DNA of 64,000 nucleotides from NCBI GenBank assembly GCA_016285345.1, contig JAEEQN010000004.1:29339-93338 (forward strand), read 5' to 3'. Position 1 is the first letter of the stretch. Each line of letters opens with the position of its first letter. A model generated the notes under the pieces. That model was not told the DNA's origin. It saw only the letters and a program-made list of their open reading frames with translations, and did not search any database. This stretch comes from Victivallales bacterium. GTDB lineage: Bacteria; Verrucomicrobiota; Lentisphaeria; Victivallales; UBA1829. Shown here piece after piece: positions 1 to 9,778 of the stretch. A program made the position numbers and the translations under genes.

Positions 1-504
1 CGCACGATGGCGCCCGGCGCGGTCGTGTTCGCCATGGCGAATCCCACGCCCGAGATCTTCCCGGACGAAGCGCTGGCCGCAGGTGCGGCGGTGGCGGGAA
101 CCGGGCGCTCCGACTACAGCAACCAGGTCAACAACGTGCTCGGTTTTCCGGGCATCTTCCGCGGCGCGCTCGACACCCGCGCGTCCGACATCAATGAGGC
201 GATGAAACTGGCGGCGTCCCGCGCTTTGGCGGACATCGTGGCGGAGCCGATGCCGGAGGACATACGCCAGCTGCTCTCCGCCGCATATCCCGAAGAGGCG
301 GCGAAAGGCATTTTCGAGGGCGAGATCCCGCTGAAGGCGTCGTTCGTGATCCCGAAGCCCTTCGATCCGCGCGTCGTGCCCCGCGTGGCGCGCATGGTCG
401 CCGAGGCCGCGATGGCCTCCGGCGTGGCGCAGATCAGGATCGACGACCTCGACGCCTACGAACGCGCCGTGGCCGCCCGCATCGCCCGCAACAACAAGCA
501 GTGA
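1..504 (+). CDS. NAD(P)-dependent malic enzyme, C-terminal part (5' truncated by window)
   Basis: Motifs FAMANPTPEI, TGRSDY, NQVNNVLGFPGIFRGAL, IPKPFDPRV. Confidence 0.9.
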   Translation, partial: RTMAPGAVVFAMANPTPEIFPDEALAAGAAVAGTGRSDYSNQVNNVLGFPGIFRGALDTRASDINEAMKLAASRALADIVAEPMPEDIRQLLSAAYPEEAAKGIFEGEIPLKASFVIPKPFDPRVVPRVARMVAEAAMASGVAQIRIDDLDAYERAVAARIARNNKQ

Positions 505-520
505 AAACCGAGGTGCAGTT

Positions 521-1375
521 ATGGCAAAGGTCATTCATTCCATTCCCGAACTCCAGCAGTGGTCCCGCGACGCGCATAAGGCCGGCAAGACCGTCGGCCT
601 CGTGCCGACCATGGGATTCCTGCACGACGGTCATCTTTCGCTCATCGACGCGGCCCGCGCGAACGGCGCGGACGCCGTGGTCATCTCCATCTTCGTGAAC
701 CCGATCCAGTTCGGCCCGAACGAGGATTTCGCGAAATATCCGCGCGACTTCGAGCGCGACCGCGCGCTCTGCGAAGCCCGGAACGTGGACGTGATCTTCG
801 CGCCCGGCGTGGAGGACATGTACCCCGAACCGCTGACCTGCCACGTTTACGAAAACACGATCTCCAAGAACCTCTGCGGCAAGTCGCGCCCGATCCACTT
901 CGAGGGCGTGACCACGGTCGTCTCGAAGCTCTTCAACGCCGCGCTGCCCGACCTGGCGGTGTTCGGCCAGAAGGATGCCCAGCAGGCGGCGATCATCCGC
1001 CGCATGGTCCGCGACCTGAATTTCCCGATCAGGATCATCACCGCGCCCATCGTGCGCGAGGCGGACGGCCTCGCCATGAGTTCGCGCAACAAATACCTCT
1101 CCGAAGACGAACACCGCCGTGCGCTGGCGATTTCGAGCAGTCTGTTCCGCGCGCAGAAGACGTTCGCCGCGCAGCCCGGCGTTTCCGCGTCGAAGCTGAT
1201 CGCCGACATCCGCGCGGAGATTACGGCGGCGGGCGGCCTGGTGGAATACGTCGAGCTGACCGATTCGGACACGATGCTGCCCGCGACGACGCTCGAACCC
1301 GGCAAATCCTTCACGATCGCGGTCGCGGCGAAGTTCGGCACGACCCGGTTGATCGACAACATCCAGCTCGGATGA
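521..1375 (+). CDS. panC: pantoate--beta-alanine ligase
   Basis: VPTMGFLHDGH, SIFVNPIQF, FGQKDAQQ, GLAMSSRN, RLIDN; GAGG RBS upstream. Confidence 0.96.
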   Translation: MAKVIHSIPELQQWSRDAHKAGKTVGLVPTMGFLHDGHLSLIDAARANGADAVVISIFVNPIQFGPNEDFAKYPRDFERDRALCEARNVDVIFAPGVEDMYPEPLTCHVYENTISKNLCGKSRPIHFEGVTTVVSKLFNAALPDLAVFGQKDAQQAAIIRRMVRDLNFPIRIITAPIVREADGLAMSSRNKYLSEDEHRRALAISSSLFRAQKTFAAQPGVSASKLIADIRAEITAAGGLVEYVELTDSDTMLPATTLEPGKSFTIAVAAKFGTTRLIDNIQLG

Positions 1376-1407
1376 GCTGACAACAACTTTCACGGACAGG
1401 ACACAGC

Positions 1408-3525
1408 ATGGCAGACGGCGTAAAACACGAGCATTGGGGCAGTTCATTCGGATTCGTCATGGCGGCGGTCGGTTCCGCCATCGGACTCGGCAACGTGTGG
1501 CGGTTCCCCTTCATCACGGGGGAGAACGGCGGCGGCGCGTTCGTCCTGATCTATCTCCTCTGCATCGCGCTGGTCGGCCTGCCGGTGATGCTGGCGGAAC
1601 TCGCCATCGGGCGCGCCTCGCAGGGCGACCCGATCAAGGCGTTCCGGCACTTCGCGATCCGTTCGCCGCGCCTGCCGAAAGTGGCCTCGGGATTCGGACT
1701 GGGGCTTGCCGCCGCGCTGGCGGGGGCCCATAATTACGGCATGGCCGTCCTGCTGGTGATCCTGAGCATCCTGATCTACCACTACGGCTGGTCCACGGTC
1801 GGATTCTCCTGCACGCTCGTGGCGGGGCTGATCCTGTCCTACTACGCGATCATCGGCGGCTGGATCTTCCTGTACGCGTGGAAATCCTTCGCGCATGAGC
1901 TCGTTTTCGCCTCGCCGGAAGAGGCCGGGGCGTACCTCGGCAGCGTGTCGTCCGACGGCTGGCTGTCGTCCGGCCTGACGCTTGCCTTCATGCTCGCGTC
2001 GGCGGGGATCTGCTGGTTCGGCGTGAAGAAGGGCATCGAAACGGTCTCGAAGATCATGATGCCGCTGCTTTTCGTGCTCGTGGTCGTGCTCGTGGTCCGC
2101 AGTGTGACGCTCCCCGGCGCATCGAGGGGCATCGAGTTCTTCCTGAAGCCCGACTTCAGCAAGATCAACGGTTCGAGCGTGCTGGACGCCCTCGGACACG
2201 CGTTCTACTCGCTGAGCCTCGGCATGGCGATCCTCATCACCTACGGCAGCTACCTGAGCAAGAAACGCAACATCCTGAAGTCCTCGCTCTGGATCGTCTT
2301 CTTCGATACCCTCATCGCCATGCTCGCCGGTCTCGCCATCTTCCCCGCGCTCTTCGCGCAGGGCGGCAATCCGGGGCAGGGGCCCGCGCTCGTGTTCAAC
2401 ACCCTGCCGATCACGTTCGAGTCCATCCCCGGCGGCCTCGGCTGGCTCTGGAACGGCCTGTTCTTCCTTCTTCTGGCGATTGCCGCGCTGACGAGCGGCC
2501 TGAGCCTGCAGGAGGCGGTCGTGTCCAGCTTCATGCAGAACCTGAAGCTGTCGCGCCGCGTCTCCGTGCTGCTCTCGACCGTGCTGATCACCGGACTCGG
2601 ATGCGTGATCTCGTTCAGCGTGAACGACTGGTCGCATCTGCCCTCGCTGCACCGACTGCTCACGGGACTGTTCGGCAGCGTGAAGGGCAGCCTCTTCGAC
2701 CTGATCGACTATGTGGCGAGCAACTGGATCCTGCTCCTGAACGGCCTCGCGGCGGCGTTCTACGCCGGCTGGGTCTGGGGCACCAACGGCGCGGCGCACG
2801 AACTCTACCGCACCGGAGCCGACACGAAGGGGCTTTCCAGGTTCCAGAAGTTCAACCGCACGCGCCTCCCGATCATCTCCTGGTCCGTGTTCATCCGCTT
2901 CATCTCGCCCGTGCTGATCTTCGTGACGTTCCTGTCCGCCGCCGGATTCTTCCAGAAAGCACAAAAGTCCGCCGAACCTGAACAGCCCGCCCAGGAAGCC
3001 GTGCAGACGCCCGTGCAGCAGGCTTCCGTGGCAATAGAACTCGAAGCCGCTCCCGCTGTCGAGCCCGCGCCGTTCCACCGCCTGAAGGGCGCGGCCTGGC
3101 GTCCGGAACAATGGTGGAATCCCGCCGACGGCGCCGGATTCGCGTTCTCGGCCAGCGTCCGCTTTGCGGCGGTCCCGGAGAGCGTAGTGCCCGTGCTGTC
3201 CGTGTGGGAAGAATTCGACCTCTCCACTTCGCCTGACTATCCCGTGATCTTTACGGTCGACGGCGTGACATACGCCGTGAGCCGTCCTGCGGGCGACGAG
3301 GCGTTCTTCCCGGCGAACCAGTGGGTGAAGCTCGGCGTGTCGTGGGATCCCGCGAAGAAACGTCTGCTGGTCAGCCGCAACGGCAGAATGTATGCGGCGA
3401 AGAAACTTGAATCCGCGCCCGAAGCCGCCGCATCCGAGACCGTTTTCGACATCTTCTGCGACCGGCTGTATCCGCATGCCGTGGAGTCGGATCAGACGGC
3501 CCGGATATCCAAACAGGGCCTGTGA
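1408..3525 (+). CDS. sodium-dependent transporter (NSS/SNF family) with C-terminal soluble extension
   Basis: GSAIGLGNVWRFP, GGGAF, FYSLSLGM..TYGSY, GPALVF; about 190 extra aa after the last TM. Confidence 0.88.
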   Translation: MADGVKHEHWGSSFGFVMAAVGSAIGLGNVWRFPFITGENGGGAFVLIYLLCIALVGLPVMLAELAIGRASQGDPIKAFRHFAIRSPRLPKVASGFGLGLAAALAGAHNYGMAVLLVILSILIYHYGWSTVGFSCTLVAGLILSYYAIIGGWIFLYAWKSFAHELVFASPEEAGAYLGSVSSDGWLSSGLTLAFMLASAGICWFGVKKGIETVSKIMMPLLFVLVVVLVVRSVTLPGASRGIEFFLKPDFSKINGSSVLDALGHAFYSLSLGMAILITYGSYLSKKRNILKSSLWIVFFDTLIAMLAGLAIFPALFAQGGNPGQGPALVFNTLPITFESIPGGLGWLWNGLFFLLLAIAALTSGLSLQEAVVSSFMQNLKLSRRVSVLLSTVLITGLGCVISFSVNDWSHLPSLHRLLTGLFGSVKGSLFDLIDYVASNWILLLNGLAAAFYAGWVWGTNGAAHELYRTGADTKGLSRFQKFNRTRLPIISWSVFIRFISPVLIFVTFLSAAGFFQKAQKSAEPEQPAQEAVQTPVQQASVAIELEAAPAVEPAPFHRLKGAAWRPEQWWNPADGAGFAFSASVRFAAVPESVVPVLSVWEEFDLSTSPDYPVIFTVDGVTYAVSRPAGDEAFFPANQWVKLGVSWDPAKKRLLVSRNGRMYAAKKLESAPEAAASETVFDIFCDRLYPHAVESDQTARISKQGL

Positions 3526-3562
3526 TTTCTCTGTGTTCTTCCATTTTTTTCGGGTTCCGCGC

Positions 3563-3590
3563 TTGAAAACGGCGGAATCCGTGGTATAGT
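3563..3590 (+). promoter_or_regulatory. sigma70-like promoter
   Basis: TTGAAA-N16-TATAGT with TG upstream of -10; GAAGGAG RBS before 3628. Confidence 0.55.
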
Positions 3591-3627
3591 TTTGAAGTAA
3601 AACAACAAATTTGAAGGAGTTGAACTT

Positions 3628-4245
3628 ATGAAACTGAAACATGCATTCATGCTCGCCGCATCCGCCATTCTGTCCGCCGTTGCGTTCTTCGGCTGCGCCA
3701 GCGAAGGAGATTCCAGCTCTTCCGCCGCCGCGCCCGCGAAGGACGCCGCGAAGGTAAAACCGCTGGTCGTGTACTGGACCTGGTCCGAGACGCACAACAC
3801 CAAGGTCGTCGCCGAAATGCTCCAGCAGAAGACCGGCGCGGACATCGCCCTGATCGAAATGGTCACGCCGTATCCGAACGATTTCGGCAGCGTCATGCAG
3901 CTCGGCCAGCGCGACCTCCAGCAGCCGAAAGCTCCGGCGATCAAGGAAATGAACCTCGATCTCTCCAAGTACAATCCGATCTACGTCGGAACCCCGATCT
4001 GGTTCTCCACCTATGCGCCGCCGGTCCGCACGTTCCTCCAGTCCTACGACTTCACGGGCAAGACTGTCGCGCTCTTCTGCACGCACGGACAGGGCAACCC
4101 CGCCACGTTCAAGTACCTCGCCGACGCGAAGACCGCGGTCCCCGCGATCAACTACTTCCCCGAAGTCTTCGCGCACAAGGGCACGGAAGCCGCGAACGCC
4201 GGTCCCGCCCTCGACGCCTGGATTCAGAAAGTTTCCGCGAAGTAA
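3628..4245 (+). CDS. flavodoxin-like lipoprotein
   Basis: Signal peptide ending FFGC; LVVYW..HNT, IYVGTPIW, DFTGKTVALFCTHG. Confidence 0.8.
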   Translation: MKLKHAFMLAASAILSAVAFFGCASEGDSSSSAAAPAKDAAKVKPLVVYWTWSETHNTKVVAEMLQQKTGADIALIEMVTPYPNDFGSVMQLGQRDLQQPKAPAIKEMNLDLSKYNPIYVGTPIWFSTYAPPVRTFLQSYDFTGKTVALFCTHGQGNPATFKYLADAKTAVPAINYFPEVFAHKGTEAANAGPALDAWIQKVSAK

Positions 4246-4276
4246 GCCGAAGCTTTTTTCCATCTGACAACCTTGA

Positions 4277-4314
4277 AGGCGGACCGGAGCATTTTCCGGC
4301 CCGCCTCTTTTCTT
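4277..4314 (+). terminator. putative intrinsic terminator
   Basis: AGGCGGACCGGA / TCCGGCCCGCCT stem followed by CTTTTCTT. Confidence 0.5.
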
Positions 4315-4347
4315 CCTTCAACCGTACCATCCGAAAGGAACCGCACC

Positions 4348-4965
4348 ATGCACGTGCTCCTGCTCAACGGCAGCCCGAACGCCGAAGGCTGCACCTTCAC
4401 CGCCCTTTCCGAGATCGCCGCCACGCTCAAAGCGGAAAACATCACGTCCGAAATCTTCCAGCTCGGCAAAAAGCCCGTGCGCGGCTGCATCGCCTGCGGA
4501 GCCTGTCAGGAACGCGGCGCATGTGCGTTCCAGGACGACGCTCTGCCCGCGTTGATCGAGGCCGCGAAGCGCGCCGACGGCATCGTGATCGGATCGCCCG
4601 TGTACTACGCCGGACCGAACGGCGCACTGTGCGCGTTGCTTGACCGGTTCTTCTTCTCCTCCGGGAATCTCCTGAAATTCAAGCCGGGCGCGGCAGTGGT
4701 CAGCTGCCGTCGCGGCGGTGCGAGCGCGGCGTTCGACCGTCTGAACAAGTATTTCACGATCAACCAGATGCCGGTCGTGTCCTCGCAGTACTGGAACTCC
4801 GTGCACGGGTTCACGCCGGACGACGTCCGCAAGGACGCCGAGGGCCTCCAGACCATGCGCACGCTGGCGCACAATCTGGCGCGGATGCTCCGCATGGAGG
4901 CCGCCACGCCGCGGCGTACGGACGAAGAGGAACACCTCTGGACGAGTTTCCACGACGGGAAATAA
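4348..4965 (+). CDS. iron-sulfur flavoprotein / NADPH-dependent FMN reductase family
   Basis: LLNGSP, CIACGAC...C cluster motif, IGSPVYY, RRGG; ATG 4348 after GAAAGGA. Confidence 0.88.
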   Translation: MHVLLLNGSPNAEGCTFTALSEIAATLKAENITSEIFQLGKKPVRGCIACGACQERGACAFQDDALPALIEAAKRADGIVIGSPVYYAGPNGALCALLDRFFFSSGNLLKFKPGAAVVSCRRGGASAAFDRLNKYFTINQMPVVSSQYWNSVHGFTPDDVRKDAEGLQTMRTLAHNLARMLRMEAATPRRTDEEEHLWTSFHDGK

Positions 4966-5000
4966 GATCATCCCGAACCGTCAACGGACAATCCCCCGGC

Positions 5001-5741
5001 ATGAAAGCACTGGACGATCTGACCTACGGCGCGGAATGCGCCCTTCGCGGCATCCGTGTTTTCTTCACGCGCCCGCGGCTGTGGCCGTATGCCCTGCCGC
5101 CGCTGCTGGTCGTCCTGCTGCTGTACGCCGGAATCCTCGCCGCACTCATTTGCTGGGCCGCTCCCGGGCTCCGGGAATGGGCCGTGGGGCTTTCCTTCCC
5201 CGAATGGCTGTCGTGGCTTCAAACGGTCCTGGACTGGTGTCTGTCGGCCTTTTTCTGGGTCGTCATCCCGCTGATCCTGCTCTATTTCATTGGAACTTTC
5301 TACGAGATGTTCGGCAATATGCTGTTCGATATCCTGGTCGACGCGTTCGAGAAGAAGGAGTATCCCGAACATCCCGGCGCGGACCAGTCGTACACAAAAA
5401 CTCTTCGCCTGACCGCGGGCTATATCCTGCTGACAATTGTGTCCTACCTCGTTTATTTCCTGCTGTTCTGGGTTCCCGTCGTCGGTTTTATTTTTCGGGG
5501 CGCGATCTGCGGGCGGTCGTATCTTCACGACAGCGCCGTCCGTCAGGGATTCCACGTGTCCGTGCTGAAAAAACAGGTCGCAAAGAACCGCATGTCCGTG
5601 CTGGGATTCGGCATCATCGCTCGTTTCGCGGAGGCGATCCCGTTCCTGATTCCGGGGCTGGTAATCGGTGGCTCGATCCTGTATCACACCAGGATATTAA
5701 ACGCAGACGACCTTTCGGCCCGGAAAAAACTCTCGGCATAA
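5001..5741 (+). CDS. EI24/CysZ-like membrane protein
   Basis: Hydrophobic helices, 'P.LWPYALPP', 'LGFG' near the C-terminus. Confidence 0.6.
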   Translation: MKALDDLTYGAECALRGIRVFFTRPRLWPYALPPLLVVLLLYAGILAALICWAAPGLREWAVGLSFPEWLSWLQTVLDWCLSAFFWVVIPLILLYFIGTFYEMFGNMLFDILVDAFEKKEYPEHPGADQSYTKTLRLTAGYILLTIVSYLVYFLLFWVPVVGFIFRGAICGRSYLHDSAVRQGFHVSVLKKQVAKNRMSVLGFGIIARFAEAIPFLIPGLVIGGSILYHTRILNADDLSARKKLSA

Positions 5742-5778
5742 AAACGCCGGATGAATCGGATTCATCCGGCATGAAAAA
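5740..5778. terminator. hairpin between convergent genes
   Basis: Perfect inverted repeat GCCGGATGAATC-G-GATTCATCCGGC flanked by A runs. Confidence 0.6.
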
Positions 5779-5810
5779 CAGAGGAGGAGGGGGATTATCC
5801 CGTTTGCTTC

Positions 5811-6467
5811 TTACTCCGAAACCGTGACGAATGTGCCTTGTTCGCTGGGCGGGAGTTCGCCGTTTTTCAGCTTGATCTGTCTGTCCTTGTCGGAATGGCA
5901 GACCGGGCAGTTTCCTTCCGGTTCCTCCATGGTGAGATGGCCGCAGACGGGGCAGAGATAAAAATCCAGGTCCGAAGCTTCCTCGGCATCGGGGTTGATC
6001 ATCAGTTCGATGTCAATATCAGCCGCAAGTACCTTGTTTGTGATTTCAAGCGCGATCAGAACTTCCCGCAGGGTCTTTTCCGGATCGGCCTTGGCCAGAA
6101 TATCCCGGTAATCCTTTACAGGAGCGAGAACGATCATCCTCGGATCCAGCTCAATCGGATAGGAGGCCGTGGAAATCTTCTCAAACTTATATTTTTTCAG
6201 AAGAATACTGATGATTGTTTCATGCCGGTCAACGAGGACCTGCTGGGAGTTCGCGAGAGCAAGGAGAATCTCTTTATCTTTGGAATCCTGTGCGGCGGAT
6301 CTGCAGCGTTCGACGCATGTCTCAAGTTCCGCCTGCGTCTTCTGCATCAGCCGGAACGTTTCCTGATCGACGGTGCGTTTCGGCTGCTTTTTCCCGCAGG
6401 AACAGAGGCAGAAAACAGCACAGCAGACAAGGATCAGAACTGTTGCGAGAGATATGATTCTTTTCAT
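5811..6467 (-). CDS. rubrerythrin-like lipoprotein with C-terminal rubredoxin-type domain
   Basis: Lipobox LCSC; helical core; YLCPVCGH...CPVC. Confidence 0.6.
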   Translation of the reverse strand: MKRIISLATVLILVCCAVFCLCSCGKKQPKRTVDQETFRLMQKTQAELETCVERCRSAAQDSKDKEILLALANSQQVLVDRHETIISILLKKYKFEKISTASYPIELDPRMIVLAPVKDYRDILAKADPEKTLREVLIALEITNKVLAADIDIELMINPDAEEASDLDFYLCPVCGHLTMEEPEGNCPVCHSDKDRQIKLKNGELPPSEQGTFVTVSE

Positions 6468-6658
6468 GAAAAACGAACTCCGTAAAAAAAGATATGAACT
6501 GAACAGGCGGGAAAGAAAAAGAAGTTTCTTTTACCGACCTTAATAAAGATACATCGTTTTTCCGAAAAGTCAACTGAAAACAAGCTTTTTTTCAGACATT
6601 TCTCCTTTTTTATCATAAGCAGGGAACGAGTGTCCGCGTTTTCTGTTTGAAAAATGGT

Positions 6659-6687
6659 TTGAAAATGCGGCTAAGGAATGCTATATT
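6659..6687 (+). promoter_or_regulatory. sigma70-like promoter
   Basis: TTGAAA-N17-TATATT with extended TG. Confidence 0.55.
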
Positions 6688-6735
6688 AGGCGCAACATAA
6701 CTTGTTAGTCCAGCATCTTCAGAAAGGCGGTTCCC

Positions 6736-7821
6736 ATGTCCCTCCCATCCGCAAAAAAAAGCATCCTTTTCCTGTTTGTCCTTTGCGTGTCCGCATTGCT
6801 TTTCTCCTGCGTTTCCTCGAAAAAAGACGCGTCGGAAGGCATCGCGTTCGTGTCCGGCATGGGATACGGCTGGAACCTCGGCAATACATTCGACGCCTGG
6901 CCGAACATCGGCGGGCGGCGCGGCGGCCTGGAAACGGAAACCTCCTGGGGCAATCCGTATACCACGCGCAAGCTGATTAAGTATATCAAGGAACAGGGAT
7001 TCGACACGATCCGCATCCCGGTGACCTGGGGACCGCACATGGGCGAGGCGCCGGAATACACGGTCGATCCCGCGTGGATGTCGCGCGTGGAGGAGGTCGT
7101 GGACTGGGCGCTGGCGGAAAAGATGTACGTGATCATCAATCTGCACCATGAAAAATCCTGGTTGGAAAAAGCCTCGAAGGACTACGAAGGGACCATGACG
7201 CAGTTCCGCGCCGCCTGGCGGCAGATCGCCGCGCGTTTCCGGGAACGCACAGATCATCTGATCTTCGAGTCGATGAACGAGATTGATTTCACGGACCTGC
7301 CGGCCGAGGAGAACGGCGCGCTGGTGAACCGCGTGAACGGCGAGTTCGTAAAGCTGATCCGCGCGTCCGGCGGGGCGAACAAAAAACGCTGGCTTCTGCT
7401 GCCCGGGATCGGGGCCGACCTCGACAAGGCATGCGACCATCTGGTCCTCCCAGACGATCCGCGCTGCATCGTGTCCGTGCATTACTATCTGCCGCCGCAG
7501 TTCGCCATCGCGACGCCCGGCACGAGCTGGGGCTACCAGTACAACTGGGGCAGCGACGAGGACCATAAGACAATGGAAGCCAACTTCGAGAAACTGAAGG
7601 AACACTATCTGGACAAGGGCATCCCGGTCATCATCGGCGAGTACGGATGCCTGCTGCGCAACAAGGACCGCGCGAGCCGCGTCGACTACTTCCGTTCCAT
7701 CGTGCGCCTGTCGCGCGCAAACGGCATCTGCCCGGTCTTCTGGGACAACGGCGAAGAACTCGACCGCCGGGCGTATGTCTGGCGTCAGGAGGGCGTCCTG
7801 TCCGCCCTGACCGGGAATTGA
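6736..7821 (+). CDS. glycoside hydrolase family 5 endoglucanase, lipoprotein
   Basis: GWNLGNTFD, IRIPVTW, INLHHE, FESMNE (acid/base), IIGEYG (nucleophile), FWDNG; lipobox LFSC. Confidence 0.92.
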   Translation: MSLPSAKKSILFLFVLCVSALLFSCVSSKKDASEGIAFVSGMGYGWNLGNTFDAWPNIGGRRGGLETETSWGNPYTTRKLIKYIKEQGFDTIRIPVTWGPHMGEAPEYTVDPAWMSRVEEVVDWALAEKMYVIINLHHEKSWLEKASKDYEGTMTQFRAAWRQIAARFRERTDHLIFESMNEIDFTDLPAEENGALVNRVNGEFVKLIRASGGANKKRWLLLPGIGADLDKACDHLVLPDDPRCIVSVHYYLPPQFAIATPGTSWGYQYNWGSDEDHKTMEANFEKLKEHYLDKGIPVIIGEYGCLLRNKDRASRVDYFRSIVRLSRANGICPVFWDNGEELDRRAYVWRQEGVLSALTGN

Positions 7822-7831
7822 GCGTGTGAAC

Positions 7832-8326
7832 ATGAAGATCGTCCCTGCCGATTTCGGGCGTCATGCTCCGTACATGCTGGCGCTGTTGAACAACGCAATC
7901 CTTCACACGACCTGGGTGTACGACTGCGACCCGCACCCGGAGTCGTACATGCGGGAGTATTTCGACGAGCATGCGGCGGGGAACTATCCCGTGCTGGCGG
8001 CGGAGTCCGGCGACGGCGCGTTCCTGGGGTTTGCCTCATGCGGCGCATACCGGCATCATCAGGGGTATCTGCACGCGGCGGAGCTGTCCGTCTATGTCGA
8101 ACCGTCCGCGCGCCGGATGGGCATTGGGATGGCGTTGCTGGCGCGTCTGGAGGATGAATGCCGGAAGATCGGCATCCATACGCTCATCGGGGTGATCGAC
8201 TCGGAGAATCTGCCGAGCATCGAGCTGCACCGGAAATGCGGCTACGAGTACGCGGGGACCGTCCGCGAGGCTGGACGGAAATTCGACCGCTGGCTTACCA
8301 TCGTGTATTACCAGAAGATCCTGTGA
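7832..8326 (+). CDS. GNAT acetyltransferase (phosphinothricin/YncA-like)
   Basis: ELSVYV, R.MGIG, N.PSI.LH.K.G, GRKFDRW. Confidence 0.85.
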   Translation: MKIVPADFGRHAPYMLALLNNAILHTTWVYDCDPHPESYMREYFDEHAAGNYPVLAAESGDGAFLGFASCGAYRHHQGYLHAAELSVYVEPSARRMGIGMALLARLEDECRKIGIHTLIGVIDSENLPSIELHRKCGYEYAGTVREAGRKFDRWLTIVYYQKIL

Positions 8327-8344
8327 CCTGAGCCGGGAACAAGC

Positions 8345-9004
8345 TCAGATGTCCATCATGCGGGCCGCCTTCACGAACGCACGGCAGAGCGCGGCGCTTT
8401 CCGTGCGGTCCGAAGACGTTTTGACCCCGGTATTGACGTCCACGGCATAAGGGCGGACACGCTCGATGGCACGCGCGACGTTGGCGGGCGTGAGTCCGCC
8501 CGCGAGGATGACCGGGAGCGGGGATTCCTGCACGAACCGGGCTGCGCGGCTCCAGTTTCCCGTGAGACCGGTGCCTCCGACCTGTCCGGTCTTCGGGTTG
8601 AGCGTGTCGATCAGGAACGCGTCGATGAACGGCACGAATTCGGCGTATTTGTAAAAGGCGTCCTGCGGTTCGGGATGGATCGCGCGCACGAGCCTGGCGC
8701 ACGGGGGCAGGGCGTCGCGGATTCTGGAGACTTCCTCCGGCGTGGATTCCCCATGGAGCTGGATGTTGTGGATCGCCGCGGCGTCGGCGAGGTCGAGGAT
8801 TTCCTCGGGGGTGGACAAATGCGTGACCAGCCACGGCTGGACGAACGGCGGCAGGGATTTCGCGAGACGCCGCGCGGTACATGCGAGGATGAAATCCGGC
8901 GAAGGATGGACCTGTCCGACCAGAAAACCGACGGCGTCCGGCGAGGCGGAGAGCGCCGCCTTCAAATCCGAGTCGTTCCTGATGCCGCAGATCTTGATCC
9001 TCAT
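8345..9004 (-). CDS. trpF: phosphoribosylanthranilate isomerase
   Basis: IKICGI, IQLHGE, GGTG, ILAGGLTPANV, VDVNTGV. Confidence 0.9.
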   Translation of the reverse strand: MRIKICGIRNDSDLKAALSASPDAVGFLVGQVHPSPDFILACTARRLAKSLPPFVQPWLVTHLSTPEEILDLADAAAIHNIQLHGESTPEEVSRIRDALPPCARLVRAIHPEPQDAFYKYAEFVPFIDAFLIDTLNPKTGQVGGTGLTGNWSRAARFVQESPLPVILAGGLTPANVARAIERVRPYAVDVNTGVKTSSDRTESAALCRAFVKAARMMDI

Positions 9005-9018
9005 AGGGCTGACATTTC

Positions 9019-9717
9019 TCAGCTGAAAAGCAGTTCGACTCCGCGCAGCGTGAAGTCGTCTCCGCCGTCCTTCATGCCGGCGAGCTCCGGCGCGCGCAGG
9101 AAAAACACGCGGTCGCCGCCGCAGGCGTAGACCGTGGGGTGGCGTCCCAATATCCTTTCGACGCGGGCGAGGAATCCCGCCACGGCGTCGATGGCGGCGG
9201 CGTCGGTGCCCATGCGGATGGCGTCGGCGGTGTTTGTGCCCGGGTTTTGCGGCAATTCGTCCGCGAGTTCGACGAACGGGAGTTTCGAGGTGTAGAGATT
9301 GAGTGCGCGGCGCGCGAGGGTGCGTCCGGGGAAGATCGCGCCGCCGAGAAAGTGTTTCTGATCGTCGACGATCTCCGCGGTGATGCAGGTGCCGAAATCA
9401 AAGGAAACAGCCGGGAGAACGGCCCTTTTGGTCAAGGAAACGGCATTTGCGACGCGGTCCTGTCCGAGCGTCGACGCATCGACAAGGGAGAAGTCCACGA
9501 TTTTCGAAGCCGCCTCCGGCGTTGCCATCCGGCATCCCCGTGCCGTTAGCGCGTCAATTTTCTCCGCCACGACACAGGCCGCGAATACCTCCGCACCGTC
9601 CGGAAGCGAGGCCGGATCGAAGCCAGCCGTCGGGACAGTGCGGACCGTACGTCCGCCGTCGGAATCGGCCGCGAGTATCTGCGTATGGGTGTTTCCGATG
9701 TTCAGATAGCAGCGCAT
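9019..9717 (-). CDS. coaX: type III pantothenate kinase
   Basis: LNIGNT, LGQDR, DFGTCIT, GGAIFPG. Confidence 0.88.
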   Translation of the reverse strand: MRCYLNIGNTHTQILAADSDGGRTVRTVPTAGFDPASLPDGAEVFAACVVAEKIDALTARGCRMATPEAASKIVDFSLVDASTLGQDRVANAVSLTKRAVLPAVSFDFGTCITAEIVDDQKHFLGGAIFPGRTLARRALNLYTSKLPFVELADELPQNPGTNTADAIRMGTDAAAIDAVAGFLARVERILGRHPTVYACGGDRVFFLRAPELAGMKDGGDDFTLRGVELLFS

Positions 9718-9733
9718 TTGCGTGCACCTCCGG

Positions 9734-9765
9734 AAAAAAGAAAAGGTCCCGCCTGAGCGGGACCT
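9734..9765 (-). terminator. intrinsic terminator downstream of pilC
   Basis: Minus strand AGGTCCCGC-TCAG-GCGGGACCT followed by TTTCTTTTTT. Confidence 0.7.
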
Positions 9766-9778
9766 GAGGTGAGGCGTA

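Noticed and set aside
1444-4263. Long antisense ORFs (also 12489-15614, 23366-26599, 27259-30303, 32822-35029, 50152-52914)
   Set aside because: They are shadow frames opposite well-supported genes in high-GC DNA and have no recognisable motifs
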